A stretch of DNA of 24,667 nt from Myxococcota bacterium. GTDB taxonomy: Bacteria; Myxococcota_A; Polyangia; Nannocystales; Nannocystaceae. The stretch is taken from NCBI GenBank assembly GCA_039028615.1, contig JBCCHT010000077.1:1-24667 (forward strand). The letters are read 5' to 3'. Position 1 is the stretch's first letter. The number at the start of each line of letters is the position of its first letter. Shown in pieces: positions 15,901-24,332 of this stretch. The translations under genes were made by a program, and so were the position numbers. The notes beneath the pieces were generated by a model that was not told the DNA's origin, did no database searches, and saw nothing but the letters and a program-made list of their open reading frames with translations.

Positions 15901-18900
15901 CCTTCTCGGCGTCGCCGTAGCGGTGCTCGGCGACCTCCGAGGCCTCGAAGCACACCTCGATCTGGGCCTCGACGTCCGACGCCGTGCCCATGTGCACGAA
16001 GCGCTCGTCGAAGAGCCCCAGCAGCTCGCGCCACAGCTTGTGGTGCTCGGCCACGCGTCGCGCCTCGACCAGGACCTCTTCGGCGTAGTGGTCGACGGCC
16101 AGCGCTCGGCGTAGCAAGTCGAGGGCCCGCGCCCCGTCGCCGATCTTCTTCTCGGCGATGCGGCTCATCTCGCTGAGCGTGGCCGTCTTTTCGAGGGGCT
16201 CGGCGAGCAGGTCGAGTCGGCGCTGCAGCGTCGCCAGGGCGCCTTCGTTGTCGCCGACGTCGACCTGGAGACCGGCCATCGTCTGCATGCCCTCGGTGTC
16301 GTCGGTGAACTCCTCGAGCAGGCGGCGATAGGTGACCAGCGCGGCGGGCTTGTCTTCGAGCCGCTCGACCCAGGTGTCGACCACGGTCTTGTACAGGCCG
16401 TGGCGGGCCGACGCATCGGTGGTGGCCAGGAGCATCAGCTCGGCCTGACGAATGACGTCGCGATGGCGACTCCCGCGCTCGTACAGCTCGAGCAGGGTCC
16501 GGGCGATGTCCTGGTTGCCCTGGGCGAACTCTTGCTTGGACAGCGCCTCGAGCACCTCGACGGCCCCGTTGGCGTCGTCGAGCGAGTCGGACAGGATCTC
16601 CGAGCGCTCCCACGCGATGCGGAACGCGTCGTCGTCGGTCTCGGCCAGGCTCTGGAGTCGGCCGAGCACGCGGACCAGCGGGCCCCAGGCCTCGTCTTCC
16701 CGGTACAGGCGCACGAGGGCCTCGAGCGCGCCGCGATGGTCGGGGCGGCTGCGCAGGACCTTCTCGAAGCACGTGCGTGCGAGCTCGGCATCGTCGAGCG
16801 AAGACTCGGCGAGCTGGGCCAGGCGCAGCAGGTAGTCGACCTGACGGATCTCGGGCGTCTGCGGCGAGACCGAGGCCTTCTTGAGCACCGTGCCCAGCTC
16901 CTCGTAGCGCCCCGACGACTCGTACAGCGAGATGATCTTGTCGGTGAGCTCGAGGTTGCCGGGCAGCAGCTCGAACAGCTCGGTCCAGATGGATGCGGCC
17001 TGGTCTTCGTCGCCGAGCTGGTGCTCCGCGACCCGAGCCATGCGGCGCAGCACCTTGACGCGGGTGTCCTTGTTGCCCGCCTGCTCGAGCTCGCGCTGGA
17101 GCGCATCGAGCAGCTCGGGGTATTGCTGCTGGGTCTCGAGGATGTGCTGCAGGTGCAGCAGGGCGTTGCGATCGGCCGGGCTGCGCTCGAGGATCGTCTC
17201 GTAGGCCCAGATCGCCTGGTCGTAGGACTTGAGCTCGTAGTGCCAGATGTCGGCGAGGCGCCGCAGCAGCTGGCTCTGCTCGGTGGGGCTGCGCGAACGC
17301 TCGTACTGCCCGCGCAGCAGCTGCGAGACCTTGTCGTAGTCGCCCTTGCGGTCGTACAGCGCGGTCAGGGCTCGGGTGGCCTGCACGTCACCCGGGCTCA
17401 GCTCGAGGATCTCGCGATACAGCTCGATGGCCCGCTTCTGCTCGGACTGACGGTCGCGGAGCAGCTGAGTGAGGCGCTTGAGGATGTCCAGGCGCTTGCG
17501 CGGATCGACGGTGCGGGACAGCTCGTCCTCTTGGACGCGCTTCATGTTCTCCCACATGCGCGAGCGCTTCTCGATGCGAGCGAGGCTCTTGGCCGGCCGC
17601 GCGTCGCCCGGGTAGTACTCGGCCATGCGCTGCCAGGTGAGGGTGGCCTGCTCCACGTCGCCGAGGCGGCGCTCGTAGATGTCGGCCAGCTCGACGAATT
17701 CTTCGGCGAACCCGATGTCGGCCAGAGGTCCGTCCTGACCCCCGTGGGCGATGGCCCGATCGATCTGAAAATCGATGAGCCCGCGCAGGTGGGTCCAGTG
17801 GTGCTTGCGACGCCAGTGGTCCTTGTAGCCCTCGAATGCCTCGGAGTTGAAGGGCTCGCGCTCGAGCACCTCGTAGTAGAACACCGCCGCGCGCTCGTGG
17901 TTGCCGAGGTCTTCGCGGTAGATCTTGGCCAGGCGCAGGAACGACGCCGTCGACATCTGGTCGGGGATGCGCTCGGCTCGGACCTCGAGCAGCGCGGCCA
18001 GGGCGTGGACGTCTCCGGTCGCGGAGTAGATGTCCTCGAGGCGACGCCAGGACTCTCCGTCGGGGGGCTCGTGGCGGCTGGCTTCCTCGAAGAGCAGGCG
18101 CGCCTCTTCGCGACGATGCAGCCGCGAGTCGAGCAGGTCGGCGCGGCGCAGCATCAGCGGCACCGCGGTCGCGCTCTGATCGTAGAGCAGCCACTCGTGA
18201 TAGAGGTCGTCGAGCGCGAGCCAGTCCTGGGCCTCGACCAGGGTGCTCTCGAGCGAGGTGGCGGCCTGCTGATGGTCCGGGACCAGGCTCAGGGCGCGGC
18301 GCAGCAGCTTGATGGCCTGATCGTGGTTCTTCTGGCGGCGGGCGAGGTCGGCCGCTTTGTAGAAGATGTCGGCCGCCTTGCCCGTGCCCTCGGCGGTGGA
18401 GCCCAGGTACAGCTCACCGAAGGCCCGCAGCGCATCGATGTCGCCGGGGACCAGCTCGAGCGCGGACTGGAGGTGGCGGGCGGCACCGGGCACGTTGTTG
18501 CGGACGTCGGCGTCGATCTTGGCCAGCCGACGGTGCAGGTTGGCGGCGTGCTCGGGGGCATCGCCCGGGGCCCGCGACAGCTCGGCTTCGATGACGGCGG
18601 CGGCGGGCAGGAAGGCGCCCGCGCCGAGATAGATCTCGACCAAGCGGGTGACCGCGTCGGGAAGACCGGGCGACAGCTGCAGGGCCTGCTCGTAGTGCGA
18701 TACCGCTTCGCCGACGGCGACGAAGTCCTCACGCAGGCGACCGGCCAGCTCCACGTGCAGCGCCGCGGCCTGGGCCGGGTCGGTGGTGGAGTGCAGGCGC
18801 CAGCGCAGCAACGCCACCAGCTCCTTGGTGGCGGACATGCTCTCGTAGAGCTTGCGCAGGCGAGTGTGGCCGCGAGACTGATCGGGGCGCAGCACGACCG

Positions 18901-19222
18901 CGCGGGCCAGCGCATGGGCGGCCGCCTTGCGATCCTTGACGCGCTCGAGCCACAGCTCCGAGGCCTGGATGCACAGCTCCGCCGCCTTGGCGACCGCCTC
19001 CGGCTTGTGCTCGATGTGGGCCGCATGCAGCACGAGCAACGTGGCCAGCGCGCGCCAGTTCTCGGCGTCGCGGAAGGCCCGACGCAGGCGAACGAAGGTC
19101 TTTTCGTCGCCCGGCGTGCGGCGATAGGCGGCCAGTTCGGGGGGTTCCCCCGGGAAGGCGCTGGGGAGGGGTCGGTCAAGGCCCGCAGCGGGCTCGAGTG
19201 AAACGTCCACGCGTCCGTTCAT
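9950..19222 (-). CDS. Giant (3090 aa) tetratricopeptide-repeat protein, AgmK/GltI-like myxobacterial class
   Basis: Uninterrupted 9.27-kb ORF with many TPR-like units (e.g. AIELYREILELSPGDVQATRALTALY, ARTCFEKVLRSRPDHRGALEALVRLY); no signal peptide or TM helix seen; central Pro-rich/acidic linker. Orthology to agmK not established. Confidence 0.9.
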   Translation of the reverse strand: MNGRVDVSLEPAAGLDRPLPSAFPGEPPELAAYRRTPGDEKTFVRLRRAFRDAENWRALATLLVLHAAHIEHKPEAVAKAAELCIQASELWLERVKDRKAAAHALARAVVLRPDQSRGHTRLRKLYESMSATKELVALLRWRLHSTTDPAQAAALHVELAGRLREDFVAVGEAVSHYEQALQLSPGLPDAVTRLVEIYLGAGAFLPAAAVIEAELSRAPGDAPEHAANLHRRLAKIDADVRNNVPGAARHLQSALELVPGDIDALRAFGELYLGSTAEGTGKAADIFYKAADLARRQKNHDQAIKLLRRALSLVPDHQQAATSLESTLVEAQDWLALDDLYHEWLLYDQSATAVPLMLRRADLLDSRLHRREEARLLFEEASRHEPPDGESWRRLEDIYSATGDVHALAALLEVRAERIPDQMSTASFLRLAKIYREDLGNHERAAVFYYEVLEREPFNSEAFEGYKDHWRRKHHWTHLRGLIDFQIDRAIAHGGQDGPLADIGFAEEFVELADIYERRLGDVEQATLTWQRMAEYYPGDARPAKSLARIEKRSRMWENMKRVQEDELSRTVDPRKRLDILKRLTQLLRDRQSEQKRAIELYREILELSPGDVQATRALTALYDRKGDYDKVSQLLRGQYERSRSPTEQSQLLRRLADIWHYELKSYDQAIWAYETILERSPADRNALLHLQHILETQQQYPELLDALQRELEQAGNKDTRVKVLRRMARVAEHQLGDEDQAASIWTELFELLPGNLELTDKIISLYESSGRYEELGTVLKKASVSPQTPEIRQVDYLLRLAQLAESSLDDAELARTCFEKVLRSRPDHRGALEALVRLYREDEAWGPLVRVLGRLQSLAETDDDAFRIAWERSEILSDSLDDANGAVEVLEALSKQEFAQGNQDIARTLLELYERGSRHRDVIRQAELMLLATTDASARHGLYKTVVDTWVERLEDKPAALVTYRRLLEEFTDDTEGMQTMAGLQVDVGDNEGALATLQRRLDLLAEPLEKTATLSEMSRIAEKKIGDGARALDLLRRALAVDHYAEEVLVEARRVAEHHKLWRELLGLFDERFVHMGTASDVEAQIEVCFEASEVAEHRYGDAEKAFDWARRGFFVAVENDRSANQGDARLRELAAAHHLWNPMLGVIEEEIASHERRGTTDDGRFDLVRRLEQAADLALERLDDASRAVGYLQRAHRQRPDDERLAQRLEQTARQHRLWTAVIEFFGQKLERTTDAQGRFDACIAIANVYEQELDDPEKAFEWLRTAWVELRERDTGLAQEAIERLLALSKRHSLWAQLANHHLLRAKESFTDRAETQGLACLRQAALVFDRNLEDPLGALRVLASGLSHDPGGNVLLPDIRTLGAKVDERRAGDVPPLGALLHLEVLRKLLAASRSEEETLRFLEERAELREMRLDDLRGAMAEWLRVVHLRPDDDQALVELERLAEDADAWDMFMVLPGWRLDRATSEPRAEASILRQMAQLYEGVLERPEYALRARLEAWRREPELPVADEPLDDTHAAIWRLAEQTGAYRTPPVPKDPLLRPTIEVPEFADLRIWTGAGLDPEALLGPPPSPFAAKLDVSSPQAILRTVTEDISLPMVTRQSSNPMETGAPELTPRQHTARAPVATPPAAPPPAAPPGAPVPVRTSGTMEIEEIEEFEDIELLEADDEELEGTVASEVSPQQVNVDQRTRTSVAPKAPPPPPRTPDAGMPALPRLPGNLLPARPRVASAWEEVAHTYASAPTRDKAAQVTVALVLARLWEHGAKNLERAFAAHEQALLIVPEDPVALQGLESLAERHNTLDRLLQADQRLLAEATLPRHLIAQNLRIAKLHETRDNVGEAEKSYRAVLAVAPRHIESLESLLRIHSAEEQPAKYADVLAELIEAQRVDWPESELVERSLELATLLHSSLGRTDDALEHLQLLVRQCPTSRASHDELIQILLELERWQPAIEAMRVAWTTLEDDEFRLAKQAKAAEIYETQLKLPDRALATLQLLAETPEDLMPQGLLDDVLAAQQRLYRATSRTEDLVQILERRLDRLASDDEELRIELLVDKARVLQDGMGDDAGATAALERLNSEVPGRDEVITALSELYRKTDRYEDGVTLLREHWQTLSADSPRSLALAITLCDVMTEEGGDARGAQQVVTTALESHRKDPGLLDRRVAIARSLADGLTLADALQARGSADDLLEAAGLLQREIKDGARAMRLFSRVLADAKRHTEAPDSGRHLAVALEGLVQLRIADGDTDGAMEFMDKQLAEVEGPAIRALLLTEMGRITYRGTGDMEAARKRFDEALKEDPEHAAAKLGLARILVEADEIEDAEALLTAAVEALSLAKRQHDLVDALVLLAEVLERTGRAPEAYRRLTAALRHDADNLEIRAAVVRNRHRAGRHRDAVTAVEQIEQKLADHPLPETQRRKISQTFVLAARSEEHLKSRNGVIGRYRRAAELDPDNPEALEPLVNLCQERGFWTEAAVHALALAKQTEEQPQRTQRFVDAALLYFDAAAAVADAGDPDSDDPDDPTQLGQLAMQAMRSGLDLAQGHESALVERGAWEAAFRHTAPRDAVTALRVLERLFRHRDLAEQREHDLLLEGVRLALAAGERLELAERYAFKARQLLPASSAAVLAHAEVFQATDRVQEIEPLVESFFKARGDEGNHEQERHNRVALLLRLAELQASDPEKAAASLQRAATLSNDALGADHRRTLARLYTKLDRRDEAALQNHRCLLEHDPLFVPSLSALAKHYAENGELDHARATFAVIALVDGDHAEAQAFLDAHQSEQPKASDGAVSEDWLATLRSPAPPDAGVGEALLQLWDGGGSLLAEHMPKIEVSPDARVSPLADGLVPQTWAKLLKRLGQSKVALVDVNQLDEDEQSQRPDAAGDSGYFHVRWQNPPVILVEDRAWNAEHPAELQFALGRAMYFTRPEAVFATGLQRVVLAQLLSSTFQAFHPRHMRRRHHARGGTDEVGRFGQELARKLPVKVSRRLGNVFKAHEDEPFDSQTWRSWVRRCGNRVGLALGGDLTAALRVLNDGAPEPHGEALREWAANDGDVRDLLTFAASPAFVAARRELGVHVIPTAEASAE

Positions 19223-19340
19223 CGATGATCTGGGCCAGAGTAGGGCTGGCGCGACGTTCGCAAGTTATCACACCCCGCGCCCCCTTCGGCGATGGGACGA
19301 GCCCCGACGGCGCATTCGTGGTAGCGATCCGGCGCTGCCC

Positions 19341-21968
19341 ATGCCGTCAGCCGACCTCAGCTCTGCCTCGACCGTCCGCACCTTCACCGTGGGTCGCGGT
19401 GCCCGGATCGTGGTGCTGCCCACTTCGGAATCGGCGGGTGTCGATGCCCGCGGCCGCTCGACGTCGGCCGGAGTGGTCGCCATCCAGCTTTGGGTGGGCG
19501 GTGGAACCGCGGCCGAAGGCCCCGACGAGCACGGCTGCGCCCATTTGCTCGAGCACATGCTGTTCAAGCCCACGGCCGAGGGACACGACTTGGCGGCCGC
19601 GATCGAGGGTCTGGGCGGGGACATCAACGCGTTCACCAGTCATGACGAGACGGTGGTGCATGCGACGGTCCCGGCCGGGCGCGAACATCAGGCGCTGCAA
19701 TCCCTGTTGCCCCCCGTGTTGTGTCCGCAGCTGGAGCCGGAGGCGCTGGCCACGGAAATCGGCGTGGTGGTCGAGGAAATCCACCAGTATCGGGACGATC
19801 CCGGGACGCAGGCGATGCAGTCGCTGCACGAGGCCCTGCACGGACGTCACCCCTACGCCCGTACCGTGCTCGGCACCGCGGCCGAGGTCCGCAGCCACAC
19901 CGCGGCTCGCCTGCGCCGCTTTCATCGCCGGGTCTATGCCGCGCGCCGGGTCTACCTGGTGGTGGTCGGACCGGTGGACCCCGAGGCGATCGTCCGCATC
20001 GCCACGCCGTGGCTCGAGCGCTTGCCCGCGGGGCGGCGGGTCGATGACGGCGAAGTGGTGACCGAGCCGCTGACGCGCGCGCGCGTGCGGGTGGGTCAGG
20101 CCGAGATGCAGGAAGCGCACGTGCAGCTGGCCTGGCGGGCGCCCCCGGTTCCCGCGGTCGAGGCCTGCGCGCTGGAGGTCGCGTCCATCGTGCTCGGGCA
20201 CGGTGAGGCCTCGCGACTGACCCGGAGCGTCCGGCGAGGGCAGCAGCTCGTCACCGACGTCCACGCCAGCTTCTACCTTTCGCGGCGCGCGAGCGCGCTG
20301 GTGGTGTCCGCCCACGGGCAGCCGCAGACGATCGAGCGAGCCACCGCCGCCATCGTCGACCAAGTCGAGCGGCTGTGCCGCGTGCCGCTGGCCACCGAAG
20401 AGCTCGCGCGGGCTCGAGCCGTGCTGCGCAGCGACTTGGTGTATCGCCGAGAGACCGCCCAGGGGCAGGCGCACGCGCTGGGGCAGAACCTGAGCCTCGC
20501 CGGTTCGCTGGAGCTCGAGCCGCGCTACTACGAGGCGCTCGAGGGCCTCGACGTGGGACAGATTCGCCGCGCGGCGGCCACGTGGCTACGCCCCAACGCG
20601 GCCGCGGTGAGCGTGATCGTGCCGCCGACGACCGTGGCCCGTCGCCGAGCCTTGCGGGCGGGGCTACGGCGATCGGTGACCGCCCGGGCCAAGCGCCCGA
20701 CCGCGGTGAAGGTCAAGCGCGACCGCCAGGGCGTGGTGTCGGCCACCTTGCCCGGGGGGCTGCGGGTGCTGGCCAACGTCGACGCACGGGTGCCCATGGC
20801 CGCGGGCTGGGTGCTGTGGCCCGGCGGGCAGCGACGCGAGGACGCACGCCGCCACGGAGCCAGCGCGATGATGGCCGCGCTGCTCACCCGCGGGTGCGGG
20901 GCCATCGGCGGCGACGAGCTGGCGCGAGAGATCGAGGGGCAGGCTGCGGTGCTCGACGGCTTCGCCAGCCGCAACAGCGCCGGTCTGCACTTCGAGTGCA
21001 TGAGCTCCAGCGTGCCGCAGGTGCTGCGCCGGGCCATCGAGTGCGCCCTGGCCCCGAGCTTCGCCGAGGCCGAGCTCGAAGAGGAGCGCCGCGTCGCCCT
21101 GCAGGACTACGAGACCGAGCGAGACGACCCCGCCAAGCTCGCGTTCACCCTCGCGGTGAGTCGGCTGTACCGGCGGCACCCCTTCGGTCGGCGACGTCAC
21201 GGCACGCCGGACACGATCCGCTCGTTCACCTCCCGAGGTCTGCGCAAGGCCTGGTCGCAGTGGTATCCGCTGGGGCGGGCGATCCTCGCGGTGTCCGGCG
21301 ACGTCGACATCGACGGCATGCTCGGCGTGCTCGAGGCCTTGGTGCCCGACACCGAGCCGCCGCCCGCCATGCCGCCGTGGCCCGGCTCGGCCCCCGCCTA
21401 CCCACGCCGGGCCGTCGAGCTGTTCGCCCCCCTCAAGCGCGAGCAGTCGCACCTGGTCTTGTCCATGCCCGGGCTCGCGCTGGGCGATCCTCGGGCTCCT
21501 GCGCTCGACCTGCTGCTCGCCGTACTCGGCGGCCAGGCGGGACGCTTGTTCATGGCCCTGCGCGAGGCCGAGGGGCTCGTCTACCACGTCGCTGCGAACT
21601 CCAACGAAGGGGTCGATGCGGGCGATTTGCTGTTCTACGCCGCCTCCAGCCCCGAGCGCATGGGGCGGGCGCGGCAGGTCCTCGAGGGGGAGCTGAAGCG
21701 GATCTGCGACGAGCGGGTCGGCGACGAAGAACTGAGCCGGGCCAAGGTCCTGCTGCTCGGCCAGTACGCCATGGGCATGGAGCGACACGGGCGGCGGGCA
21801 TCGCTGCTGGCGTTCAACGAGACCTTCGGCCTCGGTCGCCACGATCACCTGCGCTACCCGGCCCGGGTCGAGAAGATCGGCGCCCGCACGCTGCGAACGC
21901 TGGCCCGTGAGCTGTTGGACCCGACACGGCGGGTCCAGGCGGTCGTCGGGCCGACCCGTATTCGTTGA
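19341..21968 (+). CDS. M16 family (pitrilysin/insulinase) zinc metallopeptidase, fused active and inactive halves
   Basis: HLLEH (HxxEH) at 19542-19556, NAFTSHDET, distal Glu in VVVEE, HPY; the second half lacks HxxEH (GASAMMAALL) but retains LREAEGLVY. Confidence 0.95.
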   Translation: MPSADLSSASTVRTFTVGRGARIVVLPTSESAGVDARGRSTSAGVVAIQLWVGGGTAAEGPDEHGCAHLLEHMLFKPTAEGHDLAAAIEGLGGDINAFTSHDETVVHATVPAGREHQALQSLLPPVLCPQLEPEALATEIGVVVEEIHQYRDDPGTQAMQSLHEALHGRHPYARTVLGTAAEVRSHTAARLRRFHRRVYAARRVYLVVVGPVDPEAIVRIATPWLERLPAGRRVDDGEVVTEPLTRARVRVGQAEMQEAHVQLAWRAPPVPAVEACALEVASIVLGHGEASRLTRSVRRGQQLVTDVHASFYLSRRASALVVSAHGQPQTIERATAAIVDQVERLCRVPLATEELARARAVLRSDLVYRRETAQGQAHALGQNLSLAGSLELEPRYYEALEGLDVGQIRRAAATWLRPNAAAVSVIVPPTTVARRRALRAGLRRSVTARAKRPTAVKVKRDRQGVVSATLPGGLRVLANVDARVPMAAGWVLWPGGQRREDARRHGASAMMAALLTRGCGAIGGDELAREIEGQAAVLDGFASRNSAGLHFECMSSSVPQVLRRAIECALAPSFAEAELEEERRVALQDYETERDDPAKLAFTLAVSRLYRRHPFGRRRHGTPDTIRSFTSRGLRKAWSQWYPLGRAILAVSGDVDIDGMLGVLEALVPDTEPPPAMPPWPGSAPAYPRRAVELFAPLKREQSHLVLSMPGLALGDPRAPALDLLLAVLGGQAGRLFMALREAEGLVYHVAANSNEGVDAGDLLFYAASSPERMGRARQVLEGELKRICDERVGDEELSRAKVLLLGQYAMGMERHGRRASLLAFNETFGLGRHDHLRYPARVEKIGARTLRTLARELLDPTRRVQAVVGPTRIR

Positions 21969-22032
21969 CCCGGGGGTCAGCAACGGGCCGGCGGCTGCAA
22001 CCTCGGCCTCGGCGTGCCGTCGATGTAGCCGA

Positions 22033-23487
22033 ATGTCCTCCCCCGCGCGACTTCGACTCCGGGCCGCTCGTCTCGGCGCCACGCTGCGGCGGGTGTTGCT
22101 GGCCTCGCTCACCGTCAGCGCCTGCGCGCGGGTGCACGAGCCCCGACCGACGTTGGAGATCCCCGCGGAACGCTCCGAAGTCCCCCGGATCCAGCACCAC
22201 GTGGTGCAACGCGAGGTCGCGCGACCCGTGCTCGAGCCGGCCGTGGTCCAGGAGTCCGAGATCGTCTCCCGCGAGGTCGTGGAGACGGTGATGGTCCGCG
22301 GCGGCGCCACGGTCCGGGCCGAGCCTCGCCCCGATGCCCCGGCTCTGGGCCAGCTGGCCTTGGGCGCGGCGGTCGAGGTCTACGGCCGGGTCGACGGCAC
22401 GGGCTGCATGTTTCCCTGGCTCGAGGTGGCCCCGCAGGGCTTCGTCTGCGCCCGCTCGGAGAGCACCTCTGCCGCGCCGACCCCCATGCTGCCCTCGCTC
22501 CCCGGTCGCGCCACGCTGCCCGGGATCTACGGAAGCCTCACCAAGGGCTCGAAGGTCTACGACTCGCTCGACGCCGCATTGGCCGGGGAGGGTGGTCGCG
22601 TGCCCAGCAGCCACCTGACCCTGCGCCGTCAATCGGCGACCCGCCGCGGATCCGCGTCGGCGTGGAAGACCCGCTACGGCTGGGTTCGTGAGCAGGACCT
22701 GCGGCGACTGAAGCCCTCGCGCTTCCACGGGGAGCTGGTCGAGGGTCTCGAGCAGCCGCTGGCGTGGACGCTGCCTCCTCAGGGCACCCGCAGCGTTCTC
22801 GTGCGGGCGACGGCGCAGGCCGATGCCGCGGTGGTCGCCCAGCTGGGCCCCCGGGTGGCCCGGCCCGTGCTCGAGGTACGCGACGGCTTCGTCCGCGTCG
22901 AAGAGGGCTGGCTGCTCCGCGAGCAGGTCCGCGTGGCGCGACGCCGTACCGCGCCCACCCCCGTCGGCCCGCGTGAGCGCTGGATCGACGTCGACCTCAC
23001 CGAGCAGGTCTTGGTGGCCTACGAGGGGGAGGTGCCGGTCTACGCCACGCTCGTCTCCAGCGGTCGCCCCGGCCATCGCACGCCGACCGGGATCTTCCGC
23101 ATCTCCAAGAAGGTGGCCGAGCGCACCATGAACAGCATGGCCGACTCGAGCGATCGCTACAGCGTCGACCGGGTGCCCTGGACCGCCTACTTCGACCACG
23201 GCTACGCCTTCCACGCGGCTTTCTGGCACGGGGGGTTCGGGCGCACCCGCAGCCACGGATGCGTGAACCTGTCGCCCACCGACGCCCGGGCGCTGTACGA
23301 CTGGATGAGCCCGGCCGCGGCCCCCGGCTGGTCGGAGGTCTACGGCCACGAAGACCAGCCCGGCGCGCTCGTGCGGCTCCACGACGGCCAGCGCGAGCCC
23401 GAGTGGAAGGGCTACGCCAAGGCCATGCACGAGGCCGCCGCCGACGGGGCAGGGGATGACGCCCCGGTCCTGCTCGCCCGCCGCTAG
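22033..23487 (+). CDS. L,D-transpeptidase (YkuD family), probable lipoprotein with SH3-like N-terminal domains
   Basis: WIDVDLTEQVLVAYEG...VSSG...TPTGIF...HAAFWHGGFGRTRSHGCVNL catalytic motif; lipobox LTVSAC; SH3b-like VRAEPRPDAPALGQL and VRATAQADAAVVAQL. ATG 22033 chosen because 21907 overlaps the M16 gene. Confidence 0.92.
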   Translation: MSSPARLRLRAARLGATLRRVLLASLTVSACARVHEPRPTLEIPAERSEVPRIQHHVVQREVARPVLEPAVVQESEIVSREVVETVMVRGGATVRAEPRPDAPALGQLALGAAVEVYGRVDGTGCMFPWLEVAPQGFVCARSESTSAAPTPMLPSLPGRATLPGIYGSLTKGSKVYDSLDAALAGEGGRVPSSHLTLRRQSATRRGSASAWKTRYGWVREQDLRRLKPSRFHGELVEGLEQPLAWTLPPQGTRSVLVRATAQADAAVVAQLGPRVARPVLEVRDGFVRVEEGWLLREQVRVARRRTAPTPVGPRERWIDVDLTEQVLVAYEGEVPVYATLVSSGRPGHRTPTGIFRISKKVAERTMNSMADSSDRYSVDRVPWTAYFDHGYAFHAAFWHGGFGRTRSHGCVNLSPTDARALYDWMSPAAAPGWSEVYGHEDQPGALVRLHDGQREPEWKGYAKAMHEAAADGAGDDAPVLLARR

Positions 23488-24230
23488 CTCAGGCTGAGCA
23501 CGTAGACGTCGTACAGCGCGTGGGTCCACGCCGCCACGGCGAAGCCGCGGACCTGATAGACGAGGGCAAAGAACACGCCCGCGAGCGTGCGGTAGATGAA
23601 CGGGGCGAACGCGAAGGGCTCGCCGATGGGCCCCAGGTGATGGGCCAGCGAGAAGATCACCGAAGACAGCCCGACTGCGAGCAGCCACGCCCGCTTGGGC
23701 CCAGTGAGCCCGGTCAGCAGCCACGCCAAGCCGCCCATGAGCAGCAGCCGGAAGATCAGCTCCTCGTGGAAGCCGGCCCCGGCCGAGATCACCAACACAT
23801 CGAGGGCCCCGGGATCTCCGATGGCCAGGCCGGGGAGGATCCCGGCGAACTGGCTGAGGATGAACAGGATGATCGAGCCCATGACCAGGGCGTAGAAGCT
23901 CGACTCCACCAGCATGGGCAGGAACGCCTGCGGGGAGAATCGGCCCGTCCGCCGCAGCAGGACGACCACCGCCGCGTACGCGATGAGCAGGCCCCCCAGG
24001 ATGACCAGGTACTGGTCGAGATCCCGCTCGCTGACGCGGATGAGCGCGCGGGTCACGAAGTCGACCCCGTTTTGGCCCTTACCGCCCAAGATCCCCAGCT
24101 GGTAGATGAGGAACAGCGGAAACACGAGGATTGCGCTGGTCAGCCCGTCCAGCCGTCCGCCGAGGTGGGCGACGAGGGGATGAGCAGGCGCATTGGGCGC
24201 CGGATTTTCGGATCGCCGGGGACGAGGCAT
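23484..24230 (-). CDS. CPBP family intramembrane glutamic endopeptidase (CAAX protease/Abi)
   Basis: EExxxR (HEELIFR), FxxxH (FSLAHH) and HxxxD (HALYD) motifs within multiple TM helices. Confidence 0.92.
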   Translation of the reverse strand: MPRPRRSENPAPNAPAHPLVAHLGGRLDGLTSAILVFPLFLIYQLGILGGKGQNGVDFVTRALIRVSERDLDQYLVILGGLLIAYAAVVVLLRRTGRFSPQAFLPMLVESSFYALVMGSIILFILSQFAGILPGLAIGDPGALDVLVISAGAGFHEELIFRLLLMGGLAWLLTGLTGPKRAWLLAVGLSSVIFSLAHHLGPIGEPFAFAPFIYRTLAGVFFALVYQVRGFAVAAWTHALYDVYVLSLS

Positions 24231-24267
24231 GGGTCCCGGGCATCCTGGCCTAAACGGCTACAGGCAC

Positions 24268-24305
24268 CAACAAAACGCCCCTCGCCCGAAAACCGGGGAG
24301 GGGCG
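24268..24305 (-). terminator. Intrinsic terminator downstream of the Lys-rich-tail gene
   Basis: Minus strand reads CGCCCCTCCCCG-GTTTT-CGGGCGAGGGGCG followed by TTTTGTT, ~27 nt after the stop at 24333. Confidence 0.7.
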
Positions 24306-24332
24306 CGGCGGAAAACCGTTGGTACTCGAAGC

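Noticed and set aside
9761..19201. Long + strand ORFs (e.g. 16400..19201, 13997..16114, 11321..12940) opposite the TPR gene
   Set aside because: Antisense shadows caused by GC3 bias; no motifs. The same applies to 1888..3090, 5078..6169 and 21814..23724.
9950..19222. Gene symbol agmK/gltI
   Set aside because: The class resemblance is clear, but orthology cannot be shown without a search and the glt cluster neighbours are absent.
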